Sequence record: NC_106514.1
DNA length: 64,000 bases
Reading direction: 5' to 3' (one strand)
From: Escherichia phage vB_EcoS_ESCO40
The notes beneath the pieces are model-generated. The model had not been told where the DNA came from and did no database searches. It saw only the letters and a list, made by a program, of their open reading frames with translations. Shown in pieces: positions 45,590-54,556 of the stretch (positions within the stretch are counted from its first letter, which is position 1; every line of letters starts with the position of its first letter). The translations under genes were made by a program, and so were the position numbers.

Positions 45590-45758
45590 ATCTGTATATA
45601 CACATCCCGATGATATATTTGTATGGGCGGATGGTAGTTGGTGTTATCGTTGTGAGCTATGGGAAATGGACTATAAATCTGATGACTATGGTGTCATATA
45701 TGTTGATACGGTTGAGTATGATACGTTCTTAGCAAGGGACAAAAATGGAAATAAGTAA
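45576..45758 (+). CDS. hypothetical protein (60 aa)
   Basis: ORF, coupled. Confidence 0.4.
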   Translation: MSIVKSVYTHPDDIFVWADGSWCYRCELWEMDYKSDDYGVIYVDTVEYDTFLARDKNGNK

Positions 45759-46251
45759 TACTCCAATTATTTTTCTAGATATTGATGGGGTGCTCAACTC
45801 GAGCATCTCTCATCACCATGCACCTGATGATGAAAAGATTTTCTTTGGAAGTGACTGGGTTTTTAAACCGCTTCTCAAGGCTTTTCAGGACTTTATTCGT
45901 CCTTCTCCAATAATGATTGTTGGGGTATCTTCATGGTTCTCTGTCAGGAATGAGATGGAGAACGTTCAGATTATGACCGGATTAGATCTTATCGATCGTT
46001 TTCTTGGTACAACGGATTTTACTGGTGGTGGGCTATCTAGGGGTAATTCTGTTCTTCGCTTCGTTGAAAAGTATAAGCTCAAACATTGGTGTGTGCTGGA
46101 TGACGCTGGTGCTATGATGTATCAGTATCCAACGGTTATAGTCAATGGTAGAACTGGAATAAATCTTCAAGATTTAAGAGCTGTTAGCTATATGTTAGAA
46201 TTTAGTCCAGATCTTGAAATGTGTAAAGCCCTACAACAATTTAAGGTGTAA
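45745..46251 (+). CDS. HAD-like phosphatase candidate
   Basis: N-terminal IIFLDIDGVLN (DxDG) and later VLDDAG. Confidence 0.5.
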   Translation: MEISNTPIIFLDIDGVLNSSISHHHAPDDEKIFFGSDWVFKPLLKAFQDFIRPSPIMIVGVSSWFSVRNEMENVQIMTGLDLIDRFLGTTDFTGGGLSRGNSVLRFVEKYKLKHWCVLDDAGAMMYQYPTVIVNGRTGINLQDLRAVSYMLEFSPDLEMCKALQQFKV

Positions 46252-46253
46252 AT

Positions 46254-46682
46254 ATGTTTAATAATGTATTCTCTAAAGAAGCTAACCCAATATTGGTTAA
46301 TTTTTGGCGTACTCTTCCAGACAACCTGTACAATGAGGCTATTAATGCCCTGAAAATATGGTGTGAGAATAATGAAATCTCCTTTGCTTTTAGAGGTGAG
46401 GTTGAAGAATCTCCCTGTATTGGTTTAATTGTGCAGGTAGAGGATGGTTTTGAAGAGATTGTCGGCTGGAAAGAGTTAGATGAAATGGGCTTGGTTTTTG
46501 CATTAAACTATAAGCTGTTTATGCCTAATAAACACCGTATTGTTGTTAACTATAAAACCAATGAATCTCCTGGTTTTCAAGTTAATGAACATTACGGTTG
46601 GTCTTACTCACCGGAAGAGGTAAATGATGGTATCCAGAAACTTCGTCGTTTTGGTTATCAGATTCCTGGTTTAACTGCCTAA
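46254..46682 (+). CDS. hypothetical protein, paralog A (142 aa)
   Basis: Shares conserved core with 46692-47084 (...ELDEMGLVFALNYKLFMP vs ...ELSAMGLIVALNFSLFHP). Confidence 0.5.
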   Translation: MFNNVFSKEANPILVNFWRTLPDNLYNEAINALKIWCENNEISFAFRGEVEESPCIGLIVQVEDGFEEIVGWKELDEMGLVFALNYKLFMPNKHRIVVNYKTNESPGFQVNEHYGWSYSPEEVNDGIQKLRRFGYQIPGLTA

Positions 46683-46691
46683 GGGGACACA

Positions 46692-47084
46692 ATGGAACAA
46701 GTATATTGGCGTCAGATTGATCCTAGTTTGGTGAAGCGTGCGGAGAAGCTGCTACAACGTTGGTTGGGGGTAAGACAAGCCTCCTTCACTTTTCCAGAGC
46801 AGCAAATAGATGATCCCTGTGTTGGTGTTTTCCTATCAGGCTACGCTAGGGAATGGGAATTGGATTGGAATGAATTGTCTGCTATGGGTTTAATTGTTGC
46901 ACTAAATTTCTCTTTGTTCCATCCACGTGGTTTGGCCATATGTCGTGTGCCTGGTGACGGTTGTTCGCCCCATCTTTTACAGGTGGAAGATGATATTTGG
47001 GAGTACACTCCAGGTATTCTCAAAGAAGCTAAAGAACAATTAAATCGTGTTGGAATCTATGTTCCGGGACTAAATGATGAATAA
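46692..47084 (+). CDS. hypothetical protein, paralog B (130 aa)
   Basis: Tandem paralog of the previous gene. Confidence 0.5.
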   Translation: MEQVYWRQIDPSLVKRAEKLLQRWLGVRQASFTFPEQQIDDPCVGVFLSGYAREWELDWNELSAMGLIVALNFSLFHPRGLAICRVPGDGCSPHLLQVEDDIWEYTPGILKEAKEQLNRVGIYVPGLNDE

Positions 47085-47268
47085 AGAATATTGGGTATGT
47101 TATGGTAAAATTAAAAAGTGGAATAAGGGTCAACTTTCCGCTAAACAAGTAAAATTTATGGCGAGATATTTGACTGATCCCACTTTCGATATTAAAAAGT
47201 TAAGTAGCTCAAACCGCGCTATTATACTTAAATTTGCTAATACTATTCGTGGTCTTTTTTATGATTAA
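47074..47268 (+). CDS. hypothetical protein (64 aa)
   Basis: ORF. Confidence 0.4.
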   Translation: MMNKEYWVCYGKIKKWNKGQLSAKQVKFMARYLTDPTFDIKKLSSSNRAIILKFANTIRGLFYD

Positions 47269-47275
47269 TCCGTAT

Positions 47276-47304
47276 AACCGAGTCATTTTGGCTCGGTTTT
47301 CTCT
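47276..47304 (+). terminator. intrinsic terminator
   Basis: aaccgag / ctcggtt stem plus T-run. Confidence 0.6.
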
Positions 47305-47344
47305 GTACTCAAAGACACTGATAGCACCATCCGGAAAATTTTAC

Positions 47345-47373
47345 TTGCATGATACTCAAAATCTTGATATAAT
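47345..47373 (+). promoter_or_regulatory. sigma70-type promoter
   Basis: TTGCAT-17-TATAAT. Confidence 0.55.
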
Positions 47374-47389
47374 ATTTATATTGAATTGA

Positions 47390-47873
47390 GAGACATTAGT
47401 AAAAATTGGTTTTACTAATTTTTCTTGTTTACAATCCGCGATACGGAACAGTTAGGCTGCCCCATTAAGGGTTGTTTTAACTGTTACGTGTTAGTTTTTA
47501 AACAAATAGTTAATAGAATACTTAGCGATCTGCGTCCCATAGGAACCCTGGTAAGGCCTCGAAGCAACCTAGTATGAGGTGGTTGTGAAGTGAGATGGGA
47601 GGAGTGAAAAACTACCGAGACGTGATTCTGTAAGTTATATTGCATCTAGTATGAGCTAGTATATGAAGCATTAGGTGAGCAAATCTGGCTTAGCGGCCAT
47701 CCTCAAGGATTTGTGCGGTATAATGAGGCAGCAGCGCAGCGTGAAAGTGGAAGTTGCCACCCCACTTCAGTATTTGCGATTAATTTGTTGAGAAATTGAC
47801 AGTAACAGTTGTTCTATTCTTTCTGAATAGTCCTAAAGAAAACTTATTTCATTTCCAACACAGGAGTATTGTT
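47390..47873 (+). other. long ORF-free leader with AACAGTT/AACTGTT palindromes
   Basis: About 480 nt between promoter and the first plausible start (GTG 47874); contains a possible 12-codon upstream ORF (atgggaggagtgaaaaac...). Confidence 0.35.
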
Positions 47874-50663
47874 GTGTTTTCAATCCTACAAGGTCATGCA
47901 GGATTTCATCGCGATTTAGCCACAGGCAATTGGCGAGAAGTTAAAGCAGAAGATTATCTTTTTGCTAAAAGATTTTCCTCAAAGCATCCTGAAGGTAAAC
48001 CAGCTTCAATGCCCTTCAAGTTTGATGTAATTGACGAAGTTGATCCTCAAACCCTAGTAGAAATGCTCCCTCTTATGAGACGTTTAACGTCTGACCCTCA
48101 TATCGTTGCGGTACGAGGTCGATGTCTTGCACCTAAAAATAATGTGCGGCGTAAGAAGGGCAACTTTAATGTATCTAATCCAAGTCATATAATCGCAATG
48201 GATGTGGATGGTATTGTAGATACAGGAGGTTGTAACAAGTTTGATCTTGTTGGCGTGGCTCGACATATTATTAGGATGTTAAATAGTATTAGTGAGGATA
48301 TGTTTCCTCTTGATGCAGGGTTTATCGCTCATGCATCGTCTTCGGCTGGACTAAAACCAGGTATCCGAATGCACTTAATACTAGAATCTAATGTTAAAGT
48401 TACACAGGGTCAGATCAAGTTCTTATTTACATCTATCAACGAAAGTAGTAGACAAAAGTATGGCTTTGATATTGCCGACTTAGCTTATTACTCTTCCGTA
48501 CAGCTCCACTATTTCGCAGATCCTTTATTTATTGATGGTATAGTCGATCCGTTTAAAGCGGAGGGTGCTTCACGTCTGGTATTTGTTAAAGGCTCAAAAG
48601 TAAATTTACCTAATAATCTAGTTGACTATGAAACAACTAGAGGAGAGTTTAAAGAGGAATTCTACTCTTTACTCGATCAAATTAAAGGTAAAAAAGCTGC
48701 CTCTGATAAAGTAGAGGAAACTATCAGTGAGCTAGAAGAGGCTGATGATGGGGTATACTTACGTATTATTCCAAAGCTATATCACCGAGCGTTAGAGGAT
48801 GGGGTAGATTTTGGTTGGCTAGAAAAAGAAATCCGCCCAGCTTTATCAGAATATATTGCAACTAAAGATAATAGCCGTAATATTCAGGATTATTTCAATA
48901 ACGGACGGAAACAGGCATTAAAAGCCTTTGTGAATAACTCTAAGCGTGAGATCCCTGAAGTATTAAAAGGTATCCCCCTTAAAAAGCTAGAAACTAATTC
49001 ACTAGAGACTGACAACTTCTTGAAATTAAATACTGTACCACCAGAAGGCTATATGACTTTTGTAAAAGCAAGTCTAGGCACAGGTAAAACCACGGCGGTT
49101 GTGCGTTGGTTAGATTCAGGGGTTATTAAAGGTAATTTCTTAGCAATTACCAATACTAGAGCACTGGTATCTTCAAATGCTAAGAAATTTAGTGCAGGAC
49201 AATATGATAAGTCTGTAGATATGCTTAATTTTAAGCGTGGTGCTATTGACCGTATGTCCACAACTATTCACTCTTTGCATAAATTCAAGAGTTTTATTGG
49301 TCAAATTGACGCAATCTTTATCGATGAATGTGATGCAGTAATGAATGACCTATTATTCGCTCCGGTTGTTAAGCAACGTCGCGAGTGTATTCAGGTTCTT
49401 CGTGATATTCTTGCAACTGCAAAAATAATTATATTATCTGATGGGGATATTAGTGCAGAAACAATTGAAGCATATGGTTCTTTGATTGAGTTCGATAAAC
49501 CAGTTGCATTTTACAATCACCACCGTAAAATGCTGTCAAAAGCTCATGCTTATGAGTTCCCTGATGAATCCAGTATTTGGGTTGCACTTCAGACTTCTCT
49601 AGAGATGGGTGAGAAATCTATTCTAGTATCTGATTGTGGCCCGGATGAGCTGAATGAGAAAGGTATGGCACTGCGTCGTAATACGGGTGCGTTAGTTAAG
49701 GAAATCCATTCAAACTCTACCTCAGATGTGGATATTCGACGTATTCTGGATTACACAACTAATGAACTAATTGATCAACAAATTGATTGCTTATTATGTA
49801 GTCCATCCGTAACGAGTGGTGTTGACTTTAACTATTTTGATAACGTATTTGTTATTACTAGAACTAGTAATCAAGCGCCAAACATGCGTTTTCAAGCAAT
49901 CAGGCGCGACCGTGGTGCTCAGAATATCTATTATTTTATTGATAAATCCACTAGTGGGTTCTCTGCTGGTTCTGAACAATATAATATTGATGAAGGTTGG
50001 CTGGAGTTAGCACAGCAGTTATATGCGCGTCGCAGGGAGCTAGAATCTAGGAACTATACTAGTACTTTACGTTATTACTTGCTTGATCAAGGTGCAACTA
50101 TTGATATTTTCAGCGAAAGCTGGGGAACTATTGAAGGTGCTGGTAAAGAGTACACAGAAGAGCGAATCAAAGCTATTCTGCATTCAACTCCAGATTATTG
50201 TGCTCCACGTCATGCGGATGCGTATGAAGCTAAACTACTTCTTGTTCGCTATTATCATCTTGAGTCTATTAAAGATGTAACAGTTGAGCATGTTGAACAA
50301 TATATCAAAGATAAGCCGAATGATCGAGCTGCATTCTTCCATAAGATGCACGAGATGTTCTGGGAAGATATTAAGAAGTGTTCAAATGTGACCATTAAAC
50401 CATTCATAGAAGCTCTGAAAGGTAAGAAGAAGGACTTCTTCCTTAAAACAGGTCAGAGTGCTAACCCAAAATATGCTAGAATGTATCTTGGTATGATGGG
50501 TATTGGTAAAGATATGAACACGGAGAATATCGTAGACTGGTACAGAACCTATTGTAAAATCGAGTGTATGCCAATTCCTTATAAGTTCATGACTGACGAG
50601 GAAAAACATATGCACGATGAAGCAATGTCAGAGCTAGGTGCTAGAAATGACAGTGAAGAATAA
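47874..50663 (+). CDS. large P-loop NTPase (about 929 aa), replication-associated candidate
   Basis: Walker A GTGKTT, Walker B IFIDECD; RBS CAGGAG before GTG at 47874 (track start 47796 unsupported). Confidence 0.55.
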   Translation: MFSILQGHAGFHRDLATGNWREVKAEDYLFAKRFSSKHPEGKPASMPFKFDVIDEVDPQTLVEMLPLMRRLTSDPHIVAVRGRCLAPKNNVRRKKGNFNVSNPSHIIAMDVDGIVDTGGCNKFDLVGVARHIIRMLNSISEDMFPLDAGFIAHASSSAGLKPGIRMHLILESNVKVTQGQIKFLFTSINESSRQKYGFDIADLAYYSSVQLHYFADPLFIDGIVDPFKAEGASRLVFVKGSKVNLPNNLVDYETTRGEFKEEFYSLLDQIKGKKAASDKVEETISELEEADDGVYLRIIPKLYHRALEDGVDFGWLEKEIRPALSEYIATKDNSRNIQDYFNNGRKQALKAFVNNSKREIPEVLKGIPLKKLETNSLETDNFLKLNTVPPEGYMTFVKASLGTGKTTAVVRWLDSGVIKGNFLAITNTRALVSSNAKKFSAGQYDKSVDMLNFKRGAIDRMSTTIHSLHKFKSFIGQIDAIFIDECDAVMNDLLFAPVVKQRRECIQVLRDILATAKIIILSDGDISAETIEAYGSLIEFDKPVAFYNHHRKMLSKAHAYEFPDESSIWVALQTSLEMGEKSILVSDCGPDELNEKGMALRRNTGALVKEIHSNSTSDVDIRRILDYTTNELIDQQIDCLLCSPSVTSGVDFNYFDNVFVITRTSNQAPNMRFQAIRRDRGAQNIYYFIDKSTSGFSAGSEQYNIDEGWLELAQQLYARRRELESRNYTSTLRYYLLDQGATIDIFSESWGTIEGAGKEYTEERIKAILHSTPDYCAPRHADAYEAKLLLVRYYHLESIKDVTVEHVEQYIKDKPNDRAAFFHKMHEMFWEDIKKCSNVTIKPFIEALKGKKKDFFLKTGQSANPKYARMYLGMMGIGKDMNTENIVDWYRTYCKIECMPIPYKFMTDEEKHMHDEAMSELGARNDSEE

Positions 50664-50880
50664 AAAATGGGAAACAAGGAAGTTTCCAGTAAAAGAACGT
50701 AAGGTTCCTGTTTATGATACTTCGGAAAAGCTATGTAGGGTGGTACCACACAGATTAGCTGGTATCCCTAACATATCCGAGTGGTTACTTAAACAACGGA
50801 GGACTAGCGTATCCCTCCGCATAGGGTTTGAGTTAGATAAAGTATATGCTGAACTTTCTTCTTTGCTCAAAGAATCATAA
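50638..50880 (+). CDS. hypothetical protein (80 aa)
   Basis: ORF overlapping end of ATPase gene. Confidence 0.4.
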   Translation: MLEMTVKNKKWETRKFPVKERKVPVYDTSEKLCRVVPHRLAGIPNISEWLLKQRRTSVSLRIGFELDKVYAELSSLLKES

Positions 50881-50888
50881 AAAATTAT

Positions 50889-50917
50889 TTGCTTTCAGGA
50901 AAAATTTTCTGTATAAT
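50889..50917 (+). promoter_or_regulatory. sigma70-type early promoter (T5 family)
   Basis: TTGCTT-17-TATAAT with conserved leader. Confidence 0.6.
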
Positions 50918-50948
50918 AGATTCATAAATTTGAGAGAGGAGTTTAAAT

Positions 50949-51653
50949 ATGGCTGGTTCTCGCAGAAAGAAACATATCCATGAAATCCCGGATGAAGTCT
51001 TTAAAAAAGTTATAGAGCATCTGGAGAACGGTGGTACTAAGAAAGCAGCATGTGAAATGCTCGGCGTATCATCCAATCCAACTATGGAAAGGATGATTGA
51101 AGAATGGCAAGACCGCCAGATTCAAGTTGCCGAAATGAAGAAAAAGAAACGTGGTACACTCATTGAAGGTATTGAGTTGGCCAACGTTATTGAGCAGTAT
51201 CTATCTGGTGACTCCTTTGAGGAGATTGCCGATCGTAATTATCGTTCTGTAGCAATGGTTAAATCTGTTCTGGAACGATATGGTGCTCTACTTCGTTTGA
51301 ACGATATTGTAGATCCATTGAATCCACCAATTATTCCTGATGATGCTGTAGCAGAAGAATTTGAGGTAGGCGAGCTTGTTTGGGTTCCTGGATACCAGTG
51401 TATCGGTGAAATCAAAAAGGCAATGGATAATCCTGTTGGTTGCTACCGTGTATGGCTTCTATCAGAAGGCAAACAACAGAACGTTCATTATATGAATTAT
51501 GAATTAGCTTCTGTAAAGCATTTGGAAAAGTTAGGGGTTGACGTAAAATCTCTGGGGTACAAGTGGACTCGTGAAGAAGTTATTACGTTGATTAACGAAG
51601 CTGTTAAGGCTGCCCTGAAACTTGATAAAGAAAAAGGAAAACGCCGTGAGTAG
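50949..51653 (+). CDS. helix-turn-helix DNA-binding protein (234 aa)
   Basis: N-terminal HTH-like TKKAACEMLGVSSNPTMERM. Confidence 0.5.
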   Translation: MAGSRRKKHIHEIPDEVFKKVIEHLENGGTKKAACEMLGVSSNPTMERMIEEWQDRQIQVAEMKKKKRGTLIEGIELANVIEQYLSGDSFEEIADRNYRSVAMVKSVLERYGALLRLNDIVDPLNPPIIPDDAVAEEFEVGELVWVPGYQCIGEIKKAMDNPVGCYRVWLLSEGKQQNVHYMNYELASVKHLEKLGVDVKSLGYKWTREEVITLINEAVKAALKLDKEKGKRRE

Positions 51654-51897
51654 ACTAACTGATTTACTTAAAGATGGGGAAGTAAAAACACTATATCGCA
51701 GAAGCTGGGGTAACGATAATAACGGCTTAGTGTTACTAACTTTAGATGCTGACTCGGATGTAGCTACCCAGCATACCTGGGTAGCCGGTAACTATCCATA
51801 TAGCGAGGTCGTTTCATTAACAGTATGCGAAGCTATTGCGGACGATTGGGAGGTTGCCAGCATTGATGATATGCTCGCTGTTGGCCTGGTGGAGTAA
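51622..51897 (+). CDS. hypothetical protein (91 aa)
   Basis: ORF. Confidence 0.45.
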   Translation: MIKKKENAVSRLTDLLKDGEVKTLYRRSWGNDNNGLVLLTLDADSDVATQHTWVAGNYPYSEVVSLTVCEAIADDWEVASIDDMLAVGLVE

Positions 51898-51914
51898 CTA
51901 CTTAAAAATTTCAG

Positions 51915-51943
51915 TTGCTTAATCCTATAATTCTTGATATAAT
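51915..51943 (+). promoter_or_regulatory. sigma70-type early promoter (T5 family)
   Basis: TTGCTT-17-TATAAT. Confidence 0.6.
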
Positions 51944-52000
51944 ATTCTCATAGTTTGAAAGAACTATTCTGTTTAATTCTTAATTAAGGAAATATAAAAT

Positions 52001-52411
52001 ATGACTACTCCAACTCAGTGGACTGATGAACTGTTCGAAAAAATGTCTTCCGAATACGTTGCTCGTATGGAGCAATTCCCAGAGGATGAACGTCCGAGTG
52101 TTAGTATGGAAATTGTTAGTGAAATTGCCCAAGAAAATGGTGTAACTCCGAACGGTTTTCGTATGAAGCTGACTAAAGCAGGTGTGTATATCAAGAAAGC
52201 TGCTGGTTCTGCTTCTAAATCTAGCGCATCTACTGGAGAAAAAGCTTCTGGTGGTTCTCGTACCTCCAAAGCCCAAGCTCATGCCGACCTGCGTTCAGCA
52301 TTCTCTGATGCTGGCTTAGCACCAGATTTTCTGGATGATGCAATTATCGACAAACTGACCGGTAAAGCGGCCGCTCATCTGGCAGAAGCAATCCGAGCTA
52401 TCACTAAGTAA
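52001..52411 (+). CDS. repeat-containing DNA-binding-like protein (136 aa)
   Basis: Helix-hairpin-like repeats similar to those in 55329-56096; high-expression codons. Confidence 0.5.
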   Translation: MTTPTQWTDELFEKMSSEYVARMEQFPEDERPSVSMEIVSEIAQENGVTPNGFRMKLTKAGVYIKKAAGSASKSSASTGEKASGGSRTSKAQAHADLRSAFSDAGLAPDFLDDAIIDKLTGKAAAHLAEAIRAITK

Positions 52412-52448
52412 TATTTAGATAAATCCACCAACAAAAGGAACTACAGTT

Positions 52449-52745
52449 ATGACCAAAGCTGAAATTATCGCACAGTGTGAAAAATTTGGTGAGTTTTATC
52501 TTCATTACGAGAAACTTCGTCAGAAAGGAACCACGTACCTTCAGGGTACAATGGAATTTGATCCGGCCCAAGATAAATATCTGGCTGAGCGTATTAAACG
52601 TGAACGTATTCGTAAAGCGAAAGATGATGAAATCCTTGTCTTCTCTCGTACTAATGATAGCTTCCGTTTTATTCCTGTCGAGAAAGTTCGTCGTGTGACT
52701 AGCCTCCAATCAGAGTTAGATCGTGCTTCTCCAGTAGGCCGATAA
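52449..52745 (+). CDS. hypothetical protein (98 aa)
   Basis: ORF. Confidence 0.5.
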   Translation: MTKAEIIAQCEKFGEFYLHYEKLRQKGTTYLQGTMEFDPAQDKYLAERIKRERIRKAKDDEILVFSRTNDSFRFIPVEKVRRVTSLQSELDRASPVGR

Positions 52746-52755
52746 GAAAACAATT

Positions 52756-52778
52756 AGCCCCTATATGGGGCTTTTTGT
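52756..52778 (+). terminator. intrinsic terminator
   Basis: agcccc-tatat-ggggct plus T-run. Confidence 0.65.
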
Positions 52779-52795
52779 GTATTTGGGATATGTAA

Positions 52796-53104
52796 ATGAG
52801 CGAACAGGTAAATCAAAACTATGAAGGACACGTTGATGACCAGTCCATCATACTTTGGGAGAAGGAGGGGGAACAAGTAAGATTAACAGTATCTGAATTT
52901 CGTGGGAATCTATACATGGGTATTCGTTACTGGCTTCTTGATATTAATGATGAATGGTTTCCAACGAAATCTGGCTTCTCTTTTCCTTACACCCTAGAAA
53001 CAACATCACAGCTTTTCTATGCGTTTACACAGATTCTTAGTGAATCTGAGGTTTTACATGAAGTACAGAAACGAGCTGAAGAACTCAAAGCCAAGAATGC
53101 CTAG
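52796..53104 (+). CDS. hypothetical protein (102 aa)
   Basis: ORF. Confidence 0.5.
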   Translation: MSEQVNQNYEGHVDDQSIILWEKEGEQVRLTVSEFRGNLYMGIRYWLLDINDEWFPTKSGFSFPYTLETTSQLFYAFTQILSESEVLHEVQKRAEELKAKNA

Positions 53105-53117
53105 TTCTTGGCTTTTT
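53091..53117 (+). terminator. intrinsic terminator
   Basis: ccaagaa / ttcttgg stem plus T-run, overlapping the stop codon. Confidence 0.55.
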
Positions 53118-53131
53118 CTTTATAAATGTAT

Positions 53132-53160
53132 TTGCTTTCAACTCAGTTTTGTTATATAAT
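53132..53160 (+). promoter_or_regulatory. sigma70-type early promoter (T5 family)
   Basis: TTGCTT-17-TATAAT. Confidence 0.6.
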
Positions 53161-53189
53161 ATTTATATAAATTAATGAGAGGATCAATC

Positions 53190-53390
53190 ATGGCAATGAC
53201 AGTAACACTTCCCAAGATTCAAGCAAAACTTAATCTACTTTCCACAGCACGTATTAATTATCAAGATAGCATAGGCACAGTAAATCAAAAAGCGTACAAA
53301 GATGCGTTTCTGAAAGAATCTGCTGATTTGATGGATATGGTTACACAATATAATAAAGAACTCAAGATGGAAATCGCCGATGATGAATAA
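53190..53390 (+). CDS. hypothetical protein (about 66 aa)
   Basis: Track start 53175 is the ATG inside the conserved leader; RBS GAGAGGA precedes ATG at 53190. Confidence 0.45.
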   Translation: MAMTVTLPKIQAKLNLLSTARINYQDSIGTVNQKAYKDAFLKESADLMDMVTQYNKELKMEIADDE

Positions 53391-54354
53391 TGTAAAAGGC
53401 TTTATTAGGCGTTGTCAAGAAGCATATTATCAAGGCATGTCTTTAATCTCTGATGAGGAGTATGATTGCCTGGTAAAACGCTTCCCGTTAGAAGAAGAGA
53501 TCGGGCCTAAAGGTGATATTCCACATCTGTATCGTATGTATTCTTTACAGAAAGTTTATTATAATCGTGGAGATAAACCCCCATTTAACCCCTTAGGTCA
53601 GGTAGAAACTGATAAGTTAGATGGTTGTGCAATTTCTCTGTTATATATTAACGGCGAATTTGTCCAAGCATTAACCCGTGGTAATGGTATTCTAGGGAAT
53701 GATGTCACAAGCAACGTAAGATTGCTGAACATTCCTAAAAAGATTTCCCAAAAAGTACCTACTCAAATCACTGGTGAAGTTCTAATTACAAAAGAAGTAG
53801 AAAATAAACGTAACTTTGCCTCTGGTGCTATTAACCTCAAAGATAGTGATGATTTCGTACAACGCATTGGAGAAGGCGGTTTAATCTTTGTTGCTTACGG
53901 TATCCAATGTTCTGCTGAATCTGTAGGTATTACAGAAGCATACTTAAAAGATATGCTTTGGCTAGAGAATGAGAACTTCTTAACAGTTGTTAATGTGCGT
54001 TCCTTCTTTAAATGGATTCCGACGGACGGTAAAGTTGTTCGTATTAATGACAACAACAAATTCTTCCGTGAAGGCTGGACTAATAAATTCCCTCGTGGAG
54101 CATTCGCTATTAAAGAGGATGAAGAAGGCGAAATTACAACTCTTACTAAAGTTGAATGGCAGGTAGGGGCTTCTGGTAAAGTAACTCCAGTTGGTTATTT
54201 CGAACCGGTAATTATTGATGATGCTACAATTGTTAAGGCGACTCTTAATAACGTTGATTATATTAACTCTCTCGATCTAGAGATCGGTTGCCAGATTCGA
54301 GTGATTCGTGCTGGTGGTGTAATCCCGTGCATAGTAGAGCGAGTATACGATTAA
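53380..54354 (+). CDS. ligA: NAD-dependent DNA ligase, N-terminal part (adenylation domain)
   Basis: KxDG adenylation motif (ETDKLDGCA). Confidence 0.7.
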   Translation: MMNNVKGFIRRCQEAYYQGMSLISDEEYDCLVKRFPLEEEIGPKGDIPHLYRMYSLQKVYYNRGDKPPFNPLGQVETDKLDGCAISLLYINGEFVQALTRGNGILGNDVTSNVRLLNIPKKISQKVPTQITGEVLITKEVENKRNFASGAINLKDSDDFVQRIGEGGLIFVAYGIQCSAESVGITEAYLKDMLWLENENFLTVVNVRSFFKWIPTDGKVVRINDNNKFFREGWTNKFPRGAFAIKEDEEGEITTLTKVEWQVGASGKVTPVGYFEPVIIDDATIVKATLNNVDYINSLDLEIGCQIRVIRAGGVIPCIVERVYD

Positions 54355-54497
54355 TACATAACCCTTTGCTACCCATCTACCATATCGGAATTATAAAGTG
54401 GTTATTGACATTTTCGCCGCTTAGGTATATACTATTATCATTCAGTTGAGGGATAGAAAGTTATGGCGAGGGTAAGCAAAGTTAGTTAAAATTGTAG

Positions 54498-54526
54498 TTG
54501 CTAAATGCTTAAATACTTGCTATAAT
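54498..54526 (+). promoter_or_regulatory. sigma70-type promoter between the two ligase ORFs
   Basis: TTGCTA-17-TATAAT with TG at extended -10. Confidence 0.55.
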
Positions 54527-54556
54527 ATTTATATAAATTGATAAGGAAGAAATTTG

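Noticed and set aside
47796-47873. Track start of the 955-aa ORF
   Set aside because: No RBS; the first 26 codons read through palindromic leader sequence; RBS CAGGAG precedes GTG 47874
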